DNA of 60,711 bases, the filler included, from Stramenopiles sp. TOSAG23-6 (lineage: Eukaryota), in assembly GCA_900128565.1 (NCBI GenBank). It is 12 parts of 12 records of this genome, joined end to end, with 100 filler letters (N's around TTAATTAATTAA, not from the genome) between each part and the next. Parts side by side here need not be neighbours in the genome. Positions count along the whole stretch, not along the records: positions 40,588 to 45,545 come from LT637003.1; positions 45,646 to 50,602 come from LT637004.1; positions 50,703 to 55,657 come from LT637005.1; positions 55,758 to 60,711 come from LT637006.1; 8 more parts are not named here. The stretch is one strand, 5' to 3'. The position numbers and the translations under genes were made by a program. Below the pieces are notes generated by a model. That model saw only the letters and a program-made list of their open reading frames with translations. It was not told the origin of the DNA and did no database searches. Numbering within the stretch: position 1 is the first letter of the stretch; each line of letters opens with the position of its first letter. Below, in pieces: positions 44,039-56,575 of the stretch.

Positions 44039-44576
44039 AGAATAGTATCAATAGTATACAACGTAAAATGGATTATTGTTCTTTCTTTGCTTTCTTTGGC
44101 TTTTCAATATTGAGTTTTTTACTTTATGACACTTTGTGTGAAAGAGATCAAATGTTTTTGATGTTTGATGTTCCTCCACGATGTTTTTTGGCGCCCAAAT
44201 TTTATGTGCTCCTCTATGCTCCTCTATTTCGAAAAAAATTCAAAAAAACGCAACAAAATTTTGAAAAGAAAACATCCGATATTCAAAGCCGGACAGGAAT
44301 GTTCCAATTTCGTCTTTCATCAAAAAGTGTTAAAAAAGTCATACAAAAAAAATGATTTAAATGACTCGTTTTTATGAATTTCTGTTGATTTTTATTTCAT
44401 ACGATTATATATAAAATACATTTTGATGATAAAAATTTACAATGGCATTTTTTTGGCAACATTGTACTAAAATTTACTACCTAAACAAAAAAGCTTTGTT
44501 GCTTAGAATTGAATTGAATGTATACTACTGTAAAAAATTTTATGCTGCTAAAAATCATCAATATTGTTTTATATTT

Positions 44577-45464
44577 TCAATACTTTTTACTAATATACTG
44601 TTCTATAGCTTTTTCAATACCATCTAAAAGTTGTGAAGTCGATTCTTTTGATGTTACATTTTTTGATTCTTTTGATTTTACATTTTTTGATTCTTTTGAT
44701 TTTACATTTTTTTGTGCTTCGATCTTATGTTTCGGTTTAATATTACTATTAGTAGTACTAATAGTATTAGTACTATTCATACTACTATCAATACCGTTAG
44801 TATTAGTACTACTATTAGTAGCAGTAATACTACTATCAATACCATTAGTATCAATACCATTAATAATAGTACCATTAATACTACTACTATTAATACCATC
44901 ATTAATACTACCATTAGTATCAATACCATTAGTATGAATACCATCATTAATACTACTATTAATACCATCATTAGTATCAATACCATTAGTATCAATACCA
45001 TTAATAAGAGTACTATTAGTACTATTAGTATTAATAATAGTACTAATTGTGTTATTATAGTAATGAATAGGTTCTGAAATAGGTTCAAGTTCCCCAGGTG
45101 CAATATTTTTGTCTTGATTCTTAGAATTATTAATTTTGTTGTTGTATTCAATTTCAGCAACGATTACATCCAAATCAGCTTTAGCTTGAGCATGTATTGT
45201 TTAAAAAAATATATATTTTAATCGTTAGGTACAAAATTTCATATAAAAAAATCAAAAAAAAATGCAAGAAAAAAGTTACATCATCCCCTTCATCTATAAT
45301 TGATTTTTCAACAACTTTTACTGATGTTTCGATATTTTTCATTGTTTTTTTGAACTCTTTTGCCATTGTTTTGGCTTCATCTGCCATGTTTTTTGCATCA
45401 TTCTTTGCAAGCAATGCAGCAGCAACAGTGACTATATTTACTTTTTTATTGTTTTGGTCTTTTA
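44577..45464 (-). CDS. 3' part of a protein with INGIDT-type low-complexity repeats; intron 45192-45279
   Basis: Exons join in frame (...EGDD|AQAKADLDV...). Confidence 0.55.
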
Positions 45465-45645
45465 ATGTATTTTGAAAAAATATTTCAAAAAAAAAATCTA
45501 AAAAAATTTGTTAGGTACAAAATTTCGTACGAAAAAAAAAATCAANNNNNNNNNNNNNNNNNNNNNNNNNNNNNNNNNNNNNNNNNNNNTTAATTAATTA
45601 ANNNNNNNNNNNNNNNNNNNNNNNNNNNNNNNNNNNNNNNNNNNN

Positions 45646-45830
45646 TAACAAATCTTGATTCGTTGTACTTGTATAGCAACAAACTATCTGGTCCAATTCC
45701 CCAAAGGAAATTGGTCAACTAACAAATCTCGATTGGTTGTACTTGAATGATAACAACCTAACTGGTTCAATTCCAACAGAAATTGGTCAACTAACAAATC
45801 TTGATGTTTTGAACTTGAATCACAACCACT
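45646..45830 (+). pseudogene. Frameshifted, truncated LRR fragment
   Basis: Extra base in GPIP(C)KEIG at ~45700; runs into three tandem CACAACCACTCTTTGTTATATAT repeats. Confidence 0.55.
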
Positions 45831-45930
45831 CTTTGTTATATATATACTTCTCACACACAACCACTCTTTGTTATATATATACTTCATTTTATATACACAC
45901 AACCACTCTTTGTTATATATATATTTCATT

Positions 45931-48294
45931 TTATATACGAACTCCATTGGCTTCAATAATAGCATTTTCTCCAGCATTCAAAACATTTGCTGGTGTTGGA
46001 GCAGGTGTTTGTTTCTGTTCATCTGCAGCAAGTTGGTTAAAGGCTCCTGCAAGATTGACATTCTCTCCATATGTGAAAGGAACTGGATCATGGTTGTCGC
46101 CACTTGCATCTGTGTCACTCTCACTTGCATCTGTCTCACTCTCACTTGCATCTGTCTGACTCTCACTTGCATCTGTGTCACTCTCACTTGCATCTGTGTC
46201 ACTTTCATCTGCGACTTCTTCTTCCAATTTTCTTCGATCATCCCAGTTTGCATTAGTAAAATACGATTCAGCCTCTGCAGAAAAATTGATACTCGGTGAT
46301 TCACCATTAGAAATGGCATTAGCATTCGCATCAACAAAAGTGTTCTCATTAACATCAGTCGCATCAGTGGCATCACCATCAATGGATTCCGCAAAGCCAC
46401 TATTATCCATGGACTCAGATTCTGCAAAACTATTATCATCAGCATTTCCTTCATCAAGTGCAATGTCACCAGCATTTTCTCCATCAAATGTAGTGTCATT
46501 CGCATTTTCTTCACCAAGTGTATCATCATTAATGTTTGTTTCAGCAGGATTGCCCATGATATCAAAACCATCAGCCCCACTGAAGGATTCACCACCAAAA
46601 TCATCAAAATCATCAAAATCATCATCAGCAAAGTCATCAAGATCATCATTCAAGAAGTAATCATCAACTGTATCATCGATATTATTTTCTATATCAATGG
46701 AATCCAAAGTATCATTACTGGACTGTAAAGCATTTTTCATATCTTGAAGCACGTCGGCTTCCAAAGAATCTACTANAGATGTACCAGGGGCTGAAGTAGT
46801 ATTCTGGCTATTACTTTCGGGGGTTGCTTCCAATCTCCTTTCTTCGCCGTTTTCNAATGCACTATTGATTGCAGTATTAGCCTTGTCAACATTTGCTTGT
46901 GTGCATATACACNTTATTTCATCGTTATCCTCGAAGACCTGACCTTCATAAGAACATCCATATAGGAGCTCTCCAACACAGTCATAATTTCCAGATTCTT
47001 CACCAGAATAGTCATCAGATTCATCATCAGATTCACTTTTGCCACCATCTCCAGATTCTTCACCAGAATAGTCATTTATGAGATCATCATACATGTCTAA
47101 TCTTCTTTTGCCATTGTTACCACCATCATCAGCACCACCGGTACCATCATCACTACCACCACCATCGCCAACACCAGNGGCAGCACCACCACTATCACCA
47201 GTATCACTACCACCAGTATCACTACCACCAGTATCACTACCACCTGTATCACCACCGGTACCATCCTCATTGTTACCATCATCACCTGCAGCATCACCAC
47301 CACCACCATAAATGCCACTATTGGCACGCTCAACTTCTTCCTCGGTGCATCCTTCGCTACAAGGAATCCCATTAGCATCTTTAAGGACTTGATCTTTAAT
47401 CAAACAAGTATCTACAAGACTTTCTCTGTTTTGGCATTCTAAAGAAACACCATCATCATTGTTACCACCATCATCAATTGCATCATCACCATAATTATCA
47501 CCATCATCAATTACATCATCACCTGCATCATCACCTGAATCATCACCTGCATCACCATAATTATCACCATCATCACCATAATTATCACCATCATCACCAT
47601 AATTATCACCATCATCAATTGCATCATCATCTGCATCATCAACTGCATCACCATCGTAATCATCACCATCATAATCATCACTATCATAAACACCACCATC
47701 ATCACTTACATCATCACCATCATCATCAACTGCATCACCATCGTAATCAGCACCTAAATCATCACTTGAATCATCACAATCATCACCACCATCATCATCA
47801 ATCGCATCAATCATTCTTTCAATTTTTTGAGCGTTGTCTATAAGAGCTTGTGTACATTTGCACAACTCATTACCCTCGACATCTGTGAGTGGTTGACCTA
47901 CAGATTCACATGTGATACACTTGGCGAATTCCACGTTTTCCTTGGAGCATACACACACATTGCCACAGGTATCTTCGACTTCCAGATCAACAGAGTCACA
48001 GCTATATAGGACGATTCCTATAGCGCAATCACTCTCAGAAGGCTCAGAAGTATAGTTATTACCGTTGTTATCAGCATCTTCACCCTCACTAACTTCAATA
48101 ACAGGAGTACTTTGATCGTTTTCCGTTTTATCCTCAAGTACCCTCAATTTTCTTAAAACGTTTGTGCTTCCTGTGCTTCTTATTCTTGATTGAGTTTCAT
48201 ATGCGATGATAGTGAAAGCAAATAATGTTACAATCAAAACCCCTTTCGCAAATGGTTTATGTTGAGCATAAGATTTTTGCTTCGCTTTTGTCAT
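45931..48294 (-). CDS. Very acidic Asp/Gly-rich protein with an N-terminal TM segment, small Cys modules and RxL motifs
   Basis: 787-aa intronless ORF; TM GVLIVTLFAFTIIAY. Confidence 0.7.
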   Translation of the reverse strand: MTKAKQKSYAQHKPFAKGVLIVTLFAFTIIAYETQSRIRSTGSTNVLRKLRVLEDKTENDQSTPVIEVSEGEDADNNGNNYTSEPSESDCAIGIVLYSCDSVDLEVEDTCGNVCVCSKENVEFAKCITCESVGQPLTDVEGNELCKCTQALIDNAQKIERMIDAIDDDGGDDCDDSSDDLGADYDGDAVDDDGDDVSDDGGVYDSDDYDGDDYDGDAVDDADDDAIDDGDNYGDDGDNYGDDGDNYGDAGDDSGDDAGDDVIDDGDNYGDDAIDDGGNNDDGVSLECQNRESLVDTCLIKDQVLKDANGIPCSEGCTEEEVERANSGIYGGGGDAAGDDGNNEDGTGGDTGGSDTGGSDTGGSDTGDSGGAAXGVGDGGGSDDGTGGADDGGNNGKRRLDMYDDLINDYSGEESGDGGKSESDDESDDYSGEESGNYDCVGELLYGCSYEGQVFEDNDEIXCICTQANVDKANTAINSAXENGEERRLEATPESNSQNTTSAPGTSXVDSLEADVLQDMKNALQSSNDTLDSIDIENNIDDTVDDYFLNDDLDDFADDDFDDFDDFGGESFSGADGFDIMGNPAETNINDDTLGEENANDTTFDGENAGDIALDEGNADDNSFAESESMDNSGFAESIDGDATDATDVNENTFVDANANAISNGESPSINFSAEAESYFTNANWDDRRKLEEEVADESDTDASESDTDASESQTDASESETDASESDTDASGDNHDPVPFTYGENVNLAGAFNQLAADEQKQTPAPTPANVLNAGENAIIEANGVRI

Positions 48295-48594
48295 TGTCTT
48301 TTTCTTTGTCTCGTAAAGGTTCGCTTTCCTTAGAGTACTAAGTTGTCTACAGAACGCCGACCGTTAAAATAACACAAAAACAAGGAAACAAGAACAGAAT
48401 GTAACGTCAATTTTTTGCGCATTTGTTACCCGGTACTTTATATTTTAAAATGAAAAAATTGACAGCTATTTTGAGCCACACACGAATCTATCATCAACAC
48501 TGTTAACTTTGACTACGTAATCCAGTAAGTAGGTACAAGTGTCAAGTGCTCAGCATACAATAATTCTTCTTTTTCTCTATAAAGGTGGTCTACA

Positions 48595-50544
48595 ATGACG
48601 GACTACATGGCAGAACTGATTACAGAGACAGGGTTGGCTGTGCCTGCACCGAATACTATGCGAGGGCATCGTACTCCTATTTCTGTAAACGCTAAAGATG
48701 GGGACACGTTTGCATACGGCGCAAAAAAGATGACAGTCATCCGTAGTTTACGTACGCCGTCTACTTCTTTGGTTGACACGAATCATCAAGAAACAGTCCG
48801 TGTTGCTCGATTTGATAAAAGTGGTTCTTGGGTAGCAAGTGCAGACGTAACAGGAGTACTCCGCGTGTGGGCTTGGAAACGGGAGGATCATTTATTGAAA
48901 AAGGAAAGTCGACCAATTGCAGGAGAGGTTACAGATTTGGCTTGGGATTCCGACTCAAAGCGCATCGCTGTAGTTGGAAAAGCCCGGGGATGCAAAGGCA
49001 AAGTTGTTGGATGGGACACAGGATCGGCGATGGGTGAGCTTACGCAACACACTAAAAATATCAATTGTTGTTCTTTCCGTCAATCTCGTCCGTTTCGTGT
49101 GTGTACTGGAGGAGAAGATAGAAATGTCATTTTGCATCAAGGACCTCCGTTCAAAGTGCTTTTGCGTAATAAGGCCGGACATAAAAATTATGTAAATGCT
49201 ATGGCATACAGTCCTGATGATTCTGTATTTGCTACGGGATCATCAGATACTCGTATTCGCATATGGGACGGGAAAACTGGAGAAAAACTAAAGCAAATGG
49301 CCTGTACGTTTTTCAACCAAATGTCTACTTTTTTTTGTTACGAAATTTCATACCTAACATTTTTTTTTTCCCTTTTCAAATGAATGACTAGAATGTATCG
49401 TTCAATTTGAAGTTTATTTTTATACCACATTCTCTGTATCTAAACATATTTTCGAATTGTGCATATTTCTTTACTGTACACGGAAAGGTGAAAATCCTGG
49501 ACACGTAGGTTCCGTGATGGATTTGTGCTGGTCAGAGGATGGAAAAACAGTAATTTCCTGTGGTAGTGACAAAAAACTTTGCTGGTATGATCTTGAAACA
49601 CGAGCGTGTTTGAATGAGTGTATTGTCCGTGATAAAGTTACCGTGACTTCGTTTCCAGATCTAAAACCGCAAGTCCATCATCAGCTGGTTAGTGTTTCTC
49701 GGTGCGTTTTCATTTCAATTTCGAATTTGGTTTTTTTTTCGTACGAAATTTTGTACCTAACGATTTTTTTTGAAATATTTTTTCATAATCCATGTGCGGC
49801 GATAAATTATTAGTAGGCTCTCTTGCTGGAGATATCAATGTCATTGAAGCTACAGATGGCACATTTGTCGACACTATATATAGTCATACATCTATGGTAT
49901 CTAAAAATAGTCTTGTACTCGCATCCGATGGGAAAACAGTTTATTCAGGAGATCTTGGTGGTATGATTTTCTGTTGGGATGTTACTGCTGATTACCTTCA
50001 GCTTTCACGATTACCTGGTTATGCTGTGCCTGACGATAACCGAATGGCACATGATGGTTGTGTGCAAGGTATCGCAGCTCTTACTAACAATTGTCTTTTG
50101 TCTGTTGGTAATGATGACACGTGTCGTGTTTGGATGAATGGAGTCTCAGCAGGTGTTGGGGATAAACTTGGAGGCCAACCACGTTCTATGGTGTCTGTTG
50201 GTCCTTCTGATAAGGCTACTATGGCCATTATTGTGACTTCGAAAAATAAAGTTCTTACGGTCAATGGGTCAGGGAAAATTATTTCATCATTCGATTTACC
50301 TTATTCTGCTAGTAATGCTCTTGCTGTGTCTGTAACTGGAACTGAAATTGCTATTGGTTCATCTCAAAGAGGTAGAGGTGTAATGCATAGATATGAACTT
50401 GTTGATGGCGTAATTGGCAATGAGCTTCAAAAAGTCTGTGGTAATGCAGAATATTATGAGAATGCTGAAGACGCAGAGTATTCTCCGGATGGCACGATGT
50501 TGGCTGTTGGCTGGGGAAAAGGAGAAGTTTCGCTATATGAAAGT
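48595..50544 (+). CDS. WDR1: Actin-interacting protein 1 / WDR1 (WD40), 3'-partial; introns ~49304-49475 and 49702-49793, donor at 50545
   Basis: PAPNTMRG...VARFDKSGSWVASADVTGVLRVW, FRQSRPFRVCTGGED, HQGPPFK. Confidence 0.88.
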
Positions 50545-51065
50545 GTATGTTTTATTTTTTTTCAAATTCGAATTTTTTTTTCGTACGAAATTTTGTACCT
50601 AANNNNNNNNNNNNNNNNNNNNNNNNNNNNNNNNNNNNNNNNNNNNTTAATTAATTAANNNNNNNNNNNNNNNNNNNNNNNNNNNNNNNNNNNNNNNNNN
50701 NNTTTTTTTTTGTTTTTTTTTTTTTTTTTTTTAGGTACAAAATTTACTAAGAAAAAAAAAAAAAAAAATGTAGTATTTTTTGTAACTCTATTTTTAAAAA
50801 TATACACTTATTTTTCATATATATTTTTGAAAATGATTAACCCTAACCTTACTAATAAATATTTGAATATACATACATTACAGTGAGTTGGAATCATCCG
50901 AGGTATACGTTTTCAATTGTAAAAAACAAAAACAAAAAAAAAAATCGTAGTAAATTTCGTACCTAACAGAAATTTTCAATTGTAAAAAAAAAAAAAAAAA
51001 AAATCGTAGTAAATTTCGTACCTAACACAAAAAAAATTATTTCTCTATATTTCCCTCAATATACT

Positions 51066-51479
51066 TTTATCTATGTTGATAAAGCATGTGAAGAAGAAAT
51101 TGAAAATGATCCAAAGAAAACACGAAATAGTTGGTTTCATAATTTTGAAGTGTGTGCCACGTGTCAAAATGATGTTTCTGTTGGTACAAAAGAAAAGCTT
51201 TTAACGCTTAGTTTACTAAGTAATAACAGTAACCCTCCACCAAATGAAACAAAAAAAAATGCAAAAGTACTAAAATTTTCCCACGCACTGACTCTATTAT
51301 TACTTGCATCAATTTTGGATATTTCAGAAAAAAAAATGAAATACAAAAAAAACATGAAAAATACAAATTATGTATTGAATAGTTGTAATAATTTGTTATT
51401 TACGCAAAATGATAAAAAATATTTAAAACTTGAGGTACAAAATATTAGAAAACAATTATCTCTTATGAAATGTTGCTAA
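51066..51479 (+). CDS. Last exon of an unknown protein
   Basis: Open frame following a repeat intron (~50903-51065) with a duplicated branch motif. Confidence 0.4.
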   Translation, partial: FIYVDKACEEEIENDPKKTRNSWFHNFEVCATCQNDVSVGTKEKLLTLSLLSNNSNPPPNETKKNAKVLKFSHALTLLLLASILDISEKKMKYKKNMKNTNYVLNSCNNLLFTQNDKKYLKLEVQNIRKQLSLMKCC

Positions 51480-51889
51480 AAATAAAAAATAAGTAAAAAA
51501 ATATTTCAAGTTTGAATTTTAACTTGCCTAAATCCTAACCAGTATCAAAAGTACAATCCTTCTCAACACCAAAACATCATTTGGATACTACTGTACTTTA
51601 TTTTATGTGTTTATAGACAATGTTTGAAACCCTAACCAGTATCATCACATGCATGCATGCAATCGCAGTTACCCGGAAACTCGTCTGATGAAACTCGTGG
51701 CCTGGGCGCAGTTGCAGTTCAGCTGATAAAAAATTAAATGTGTTTTTGTGTTTATACGGTAGCAAATAAAAATTGAAATGTGTTTTTGTGTTTATACGGT
51801 AGCAAATCGAAAGCTCTATTTTATACACTCTCTCTGTTGAAACACTGTACAAAAAAAAACAAGTTTATAAAACTCTTCTCTTTGCAAAA

Positions 51890-52132
51890 ATGAAAAATGT
51901 ATTGAAAATTGGAATGTTGGTTGCAGTTGGCTTATCAGCAGTTGGTAACGTTAATGCTTCTACATATACATACGAGAGCACAGATTCCAATGGAACTGAA
52001 CATTTTCGAGGATCCGACGGTAGTAAAGCTACATGGTCAGCATCGCATGAGACTCCCGTACCAGATTATGGCTCAACGCCGGCACCTACACCGTCTCTAG
52101 ATCAGAGCAAACCTCATACAATGAACGACTAG
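51890..52132 (+). CDS. Small secreted peptide (80 aa)
   Basis: AAAAATG start and clear signal peptide MKNVLKIGMLVAVGLSAVGNVNA. Confidence 0.6.
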   Translation: MKNVLKIGMLVAVGLSAVGNVNASTYTYESTDSNGTEHFRGSDGSKATWSASHETPVPDYGSTPAPTPSLDQSKPHTMND

Positions 52133-52518
52133 ATGTGTAACGAGTTTATGTGGGATCTACCACATGAACTTGAAAGCTAAAATTGATAACTAGTATTTAT
52201 GTTTATTTATGTTTACTTCGAATAAAAAAACACTTCGATACGATTACTTGGTACTGTCGCACATTTTATTATATTACTTTGTTTTATTTGCTCATAGACA
52301 ATGTCTTAAATCCTAATCAGTATCAAAAGTACCATTCTCCTGAATATCAAAATATCATTTGGATACTACATGGATCATTCTAGTTAGTTTTGTCCCAGTG
52401 GTCAAATCACTGTTTTTATGTTATATCTGGAGAATGAAACTAACTGTTGGTACATTAAAAAAGGAAAAAAAAGTATTTTAATAATTTCATTGAATACTTT
52501 TTATTGTTCATAAATGCA

Positions 52519-54753
52519 TCACTTACGGCATTGATACTTTTTATTGTTCATAAATGCATCACTTACAGCATTGATACAAGATTTCTTATCATCTAAAATA
52601 AATGATATTTTGCTTTTTTTTTTTTTCATAGGAAATAATGTACCTACATCACCTACTGGGCGTATTGGATGTGTCGTTGGAGTACCAAAACGACTGGAAA
52701 GCTCCATAAAAACGCTTCGTTTCATATCATGTTTATCATATTTTATATGAAAAACAAGTAATTTTGGTATAGATCGTCGAGATGTGATTTTATCCAAACT
52801 CTCTACACGAAATCCTGTCAAATATGCCAAATGAGTAGATTCCAAAATATTTACATTATTTTGGTCGACAACAATATCAACATGGTTTTTGTCAAGTACA
52901 AACTTTGGTGATTTTGATAATGTAGTGTTAGGGTTACGTGATTTTGTTGATGTAGGATTTGGTGATTTTGATAATGTAGGGTTAGGGTTAGGTGATTTTG
53001 TTGATTTTGGTACGGGAAGTAAAGCAACAATAAATTCATTTGTTATATATAAGAAACAATGTTTTTGTTTACCTTGAGATACACTTTTACATAAAAATAT
53101 TTGTAATCCATTGATATCTGGGTATAAAATTTCCTTCCAGATCTTTTTTTTTTGCACATGTAAAATTTTTTGTTCATCCGAAATTTCAAATTTATTTTTT
53201 TCATACTCATTTTTTTCTTTTTTTGACCAAAAATCAAATTGCAAAGCTTTTTTTACAGAATTCCAACTATTCAAACTATTTTTATTTTTATTGTTATTTG
53301 ATGGTAATGGGGTAGTAATCACATCTGCAGTATTTGATTTATTTTTTTGTGTATTTTTTCTGTCACTACAAAATATTTAAAATAAAAAAAAAGCTTAGGT
53401 ACAAATTTTCGTATGAAAAAAAAAAAAAAAAATTAATTTTATAAAACTTTTTATACAAATCTTTTGGTACGTTTTGAAATTTTAAATTAAAAAAAAATCT
53501 CATCATAACACTACACAAAGTAACACAAAGAAAAACAAAGAAACACAAAGAAACACAAAGAAACACAAAGAAACACAAAGTATGGAAATGTTACTTTGTA
53601 CAAAAACAANTTTTTTTTTTTTTTTNTTTTTTTTGTTTAGGTACAAAATTTCGTATGAAAAAAAAAATTATGATTTAAAAAAAAAACATACATTTTCAAT
53701 TCATCTGTATCAATAAATTGTTTCAGTTGTGTCATCATATTAAAAGATATATTATTAAATGCCTTTTTCATTGTTGATGATGCTGATAAAGTGACATTTT
53801 TTAAAGATTTGAAATTATTCTGTAGGGTTAGGGTTTTTTGTGTTTGTTGTTCAGAAATGAAAAGAAAATTTTGAAGAGTTTCAGAATTTTCAGAATTTTC
53901 AGAATGTTTTCCATTTTGTTGAGATTTTGTATTATTAATTTCTTCATTTGCAGCAATACAAGCATTAAAACCACCATGAAGCATACTCACTAATTCAACT
54001 CCATTTTGTATAAAAATATCTACAAATTGTTGTCCAATGGATGTTTCATCATGTATTGATTTCGTGTTTTGTCCAATGGATGTTTCATCATGTATTGATT
54101 TCGTGTTTTCTTGACGTAAATCATCAATAAATACAAAAGAAATATTTTTTCGTTTTAATTGGGAAAATTGACTAATAATTTGATTCAATTTCGAATTTGT
54201 TTTGTTATAATTTTGTAATAAACTTTTATCCAAATGAACGCTAAAGGGTAAATGTAATGTGTGTTCTTTGAAAAAATATTTCAAAATTTTTTTTTGAAAA
54301 ATTGTTAGGNAAAAAANTTNACTATGAAAAAAAAAAAAAAATTTCAATTTCAAATTTAAAAAAAAAATAAAACATACATTATATGAAATTTCAGATCGAC
54401 AATCACAAAGAATGATTTTTATTTTGGGTATTTTGGATATTTTGGATATATTTGAACAATCATGTGTTATACACAAATCATTTTCAATTTTTTGTTTTTT
54501 TTGTTTTTTTTGAAAAATAGTTGTTTTATTGTTTTTATTATTTGTACTACAAAATTCTGTACCTAATGAATGAATTATAGGAGAAAATGTAGAAATTATT
54601 GGTGTTAACACAGAAGGATGAACAAATAAACCATGTAAATAATCACATGTAAAATAAGTTTTCCCTTCTACTGTGCCATTATTTTTTCCTAACTTTTTTG
54701 TACAAATATATTACATTTAAAAAAAAAATTGAATAATAATTTTTTTTTTAATG

Positions 54754-54784
<31 letters not shown>

Positions 54785-55545
54785 GAGTCATAAAAGTAAT
54801 AAAAAAAAACATGATTATTATTGTGTAGAAAATCTAAATTACAGGTTCTTGTATTGTCGGAAAACATGTCAAATTATCAAAATAAATTGTTAGGTACAAA
54901 CATGTACTATAAAAAAATAAAAAAAATCAAAAAAAATCAAAAAAAATCAAAAAAAATCAAAAAAATCAAAAAATTAAAAAATCAAAAAAATCAAAAAAAT
55001 CAAAAAAAATCAAAAAAATCAAAAATACGTCTAAAACCAAACCGATCCAAATTCCACTTGCAAACTCAGTTGTACCTATAAAGGAGACTCGACCAATAAA
55101 TAGTTTTTGTAGTGGAAGTTTAACTATACAAAATTCATCAATTGTTGGAACCCAATTTGTATATTTTGATATTTCGTGTTTTTTTGTATGAAATGTGTCC
55201 AACATTTGAATTTGTAATTTAGGAATAATTTCAAAAGGTGACATGAAAATACAATTCATTTTTTGTATGTTTTGTAATAGTTGTTGTGTTGGTGGTTGTT
55301 CGGTATAACAACATTGGTACAATAAAGTATAAAAACTATTTGGTGTTGAACTCTGTAAGAGCAATGATGTCATCATTAGATTTTGGATTTCGTGTTTTGT
55401 TCTTTTTCGTTGTTTACAAAGTGAAAATTGAATTTTGATACGTGTCAGTAACAATGGCAAAGCATCGGAGGATGTTTGTAATAAAACATCATTTTCATCA
55501 AGTAATAATGCCAAGCAAAAGAATATATGAATAAATGGTGAATCA
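52519..55545 (-). CDS. TBC1D23: TBC1D23-like protein (end of TBC, CAP-Gly insert, rhodanese-like, C-terminal PH-like), 5'-partial, multi-exon with a 6-nt microexon at 54843-54848
   Basis: SPFIHIFFCLALLL; LCDCRSEISYN|TLHLPFSVHLD; VSMLHGGF; LDKITSRRSIPKLLVF match TBC1D23 motifs as recalled. CAP-Gly [40 protein letters not shown]...GLFV. Confidence 0.75.
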
Positions 55546-55623
55546 TATATTTTTGAAAAATATTTCAAATTTAAAAAAAAAAAATGTTAGGTACAAAATG
55601 TCGTATAAAATTTAAAAAAAGAA

Positions 55624-55657
<34 letters not shown>

Positions 55658-55757
55658 NNNNNNNNNNNNNNNNNNNNNNNNNNNNNNNNNNNNNNNNNNN
55701 NTTAATTAATTAANNNNNNNNNNNNNNNNNNNNNNNNNNNNNNNNNNNNNNNNNNNN

Positions 55758-55827
55758 GATTTGAACCCACGCCTCTGACGAGACCACGACCTTAACGTGG
55801 CGCCTTAGACCACTCGGCCATGACTGA
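55758..55827 (-). tRNA. tRNA-Leu (AAG), 3' end truncated by contig edge
   Basis: TGGCCGAGTGGTCTAAGGCG D-arm, CCACG-TTAAGGT-CGTGG anticodon arm, long variable arm, GGTTCAAATC T-loop. Confidence 0.9.
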
Positions 55828-56002
55828 TATATTCGAGTTGGCAGTGTAGAATTTTATAAAGAAAGTAGATAAAAATTGACTGAATATAGAATTTACTTTT
55901 TTAAAAATTTTTTTTTTAAAATAATGTATTTGAAAAACAAAAACAAAAAAATTGAGATTCAATTTCAATGGTTTATTTAAAAAATTCTGTGATATAGTAT
56001 GA

Positions 56003-56481
56003 TTATTCTGTGATTTCAGTGGATTTTGATCCAGCAGCAAGTTGTTGATCTTCCATTTTTGTATTTACTGGAACTTCTGTGCCTGTGCCTACTTGGCACT
56101 TGCTCAGTTTACAATTATCATTAATAACAACATTATGACAAATGATAGATTTTTGTAAGACACATCCTTCAGCAATTTTTACATTATCCATTATAATACA
56201 ATTTAGTATTTGACACTTTGATCCAACTATAATATTTTTCCCTGCAACACTATCCTTTAAAACAGATTTCTGTCCCAGATGAATATTTTCACCAACAAAT
56301 GAAGCACGAACATTTTTACTCCGACTCTGGTCATTCTCTTGATATTTTTTGGGTAATAAGTGAAACCATGAACATTCATGACTCTCCATAGGTGGAGTGA
56401 AATCAACAAATCCAAAATTTAAATCAGAGTAATGCTCAATACTATCAGCACGAGCACAGAAATACTTGGACGATGGCATTA
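56003..56481 (-). CDS. EIF2B3: eIF2B gamma-like C-terminal exon (hexapeptide left-handed beta-helix)
   Basis: FCARADS..YSDLN followed by VGEN...GKNIIVGSKCQILNCIIMDNVKIAEGCVLQKSIIC...LSKCQVG. Confidence 0.6.
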
Positions 56482-56575
56482 ATGTATTGTGAAAAAATAT
56501 TTCAAAAAAAAAAAATCGTTAGGTACAAAATTTCGTATGAAAAAAATATTAAATTAGAAATTCATATAAACATAC

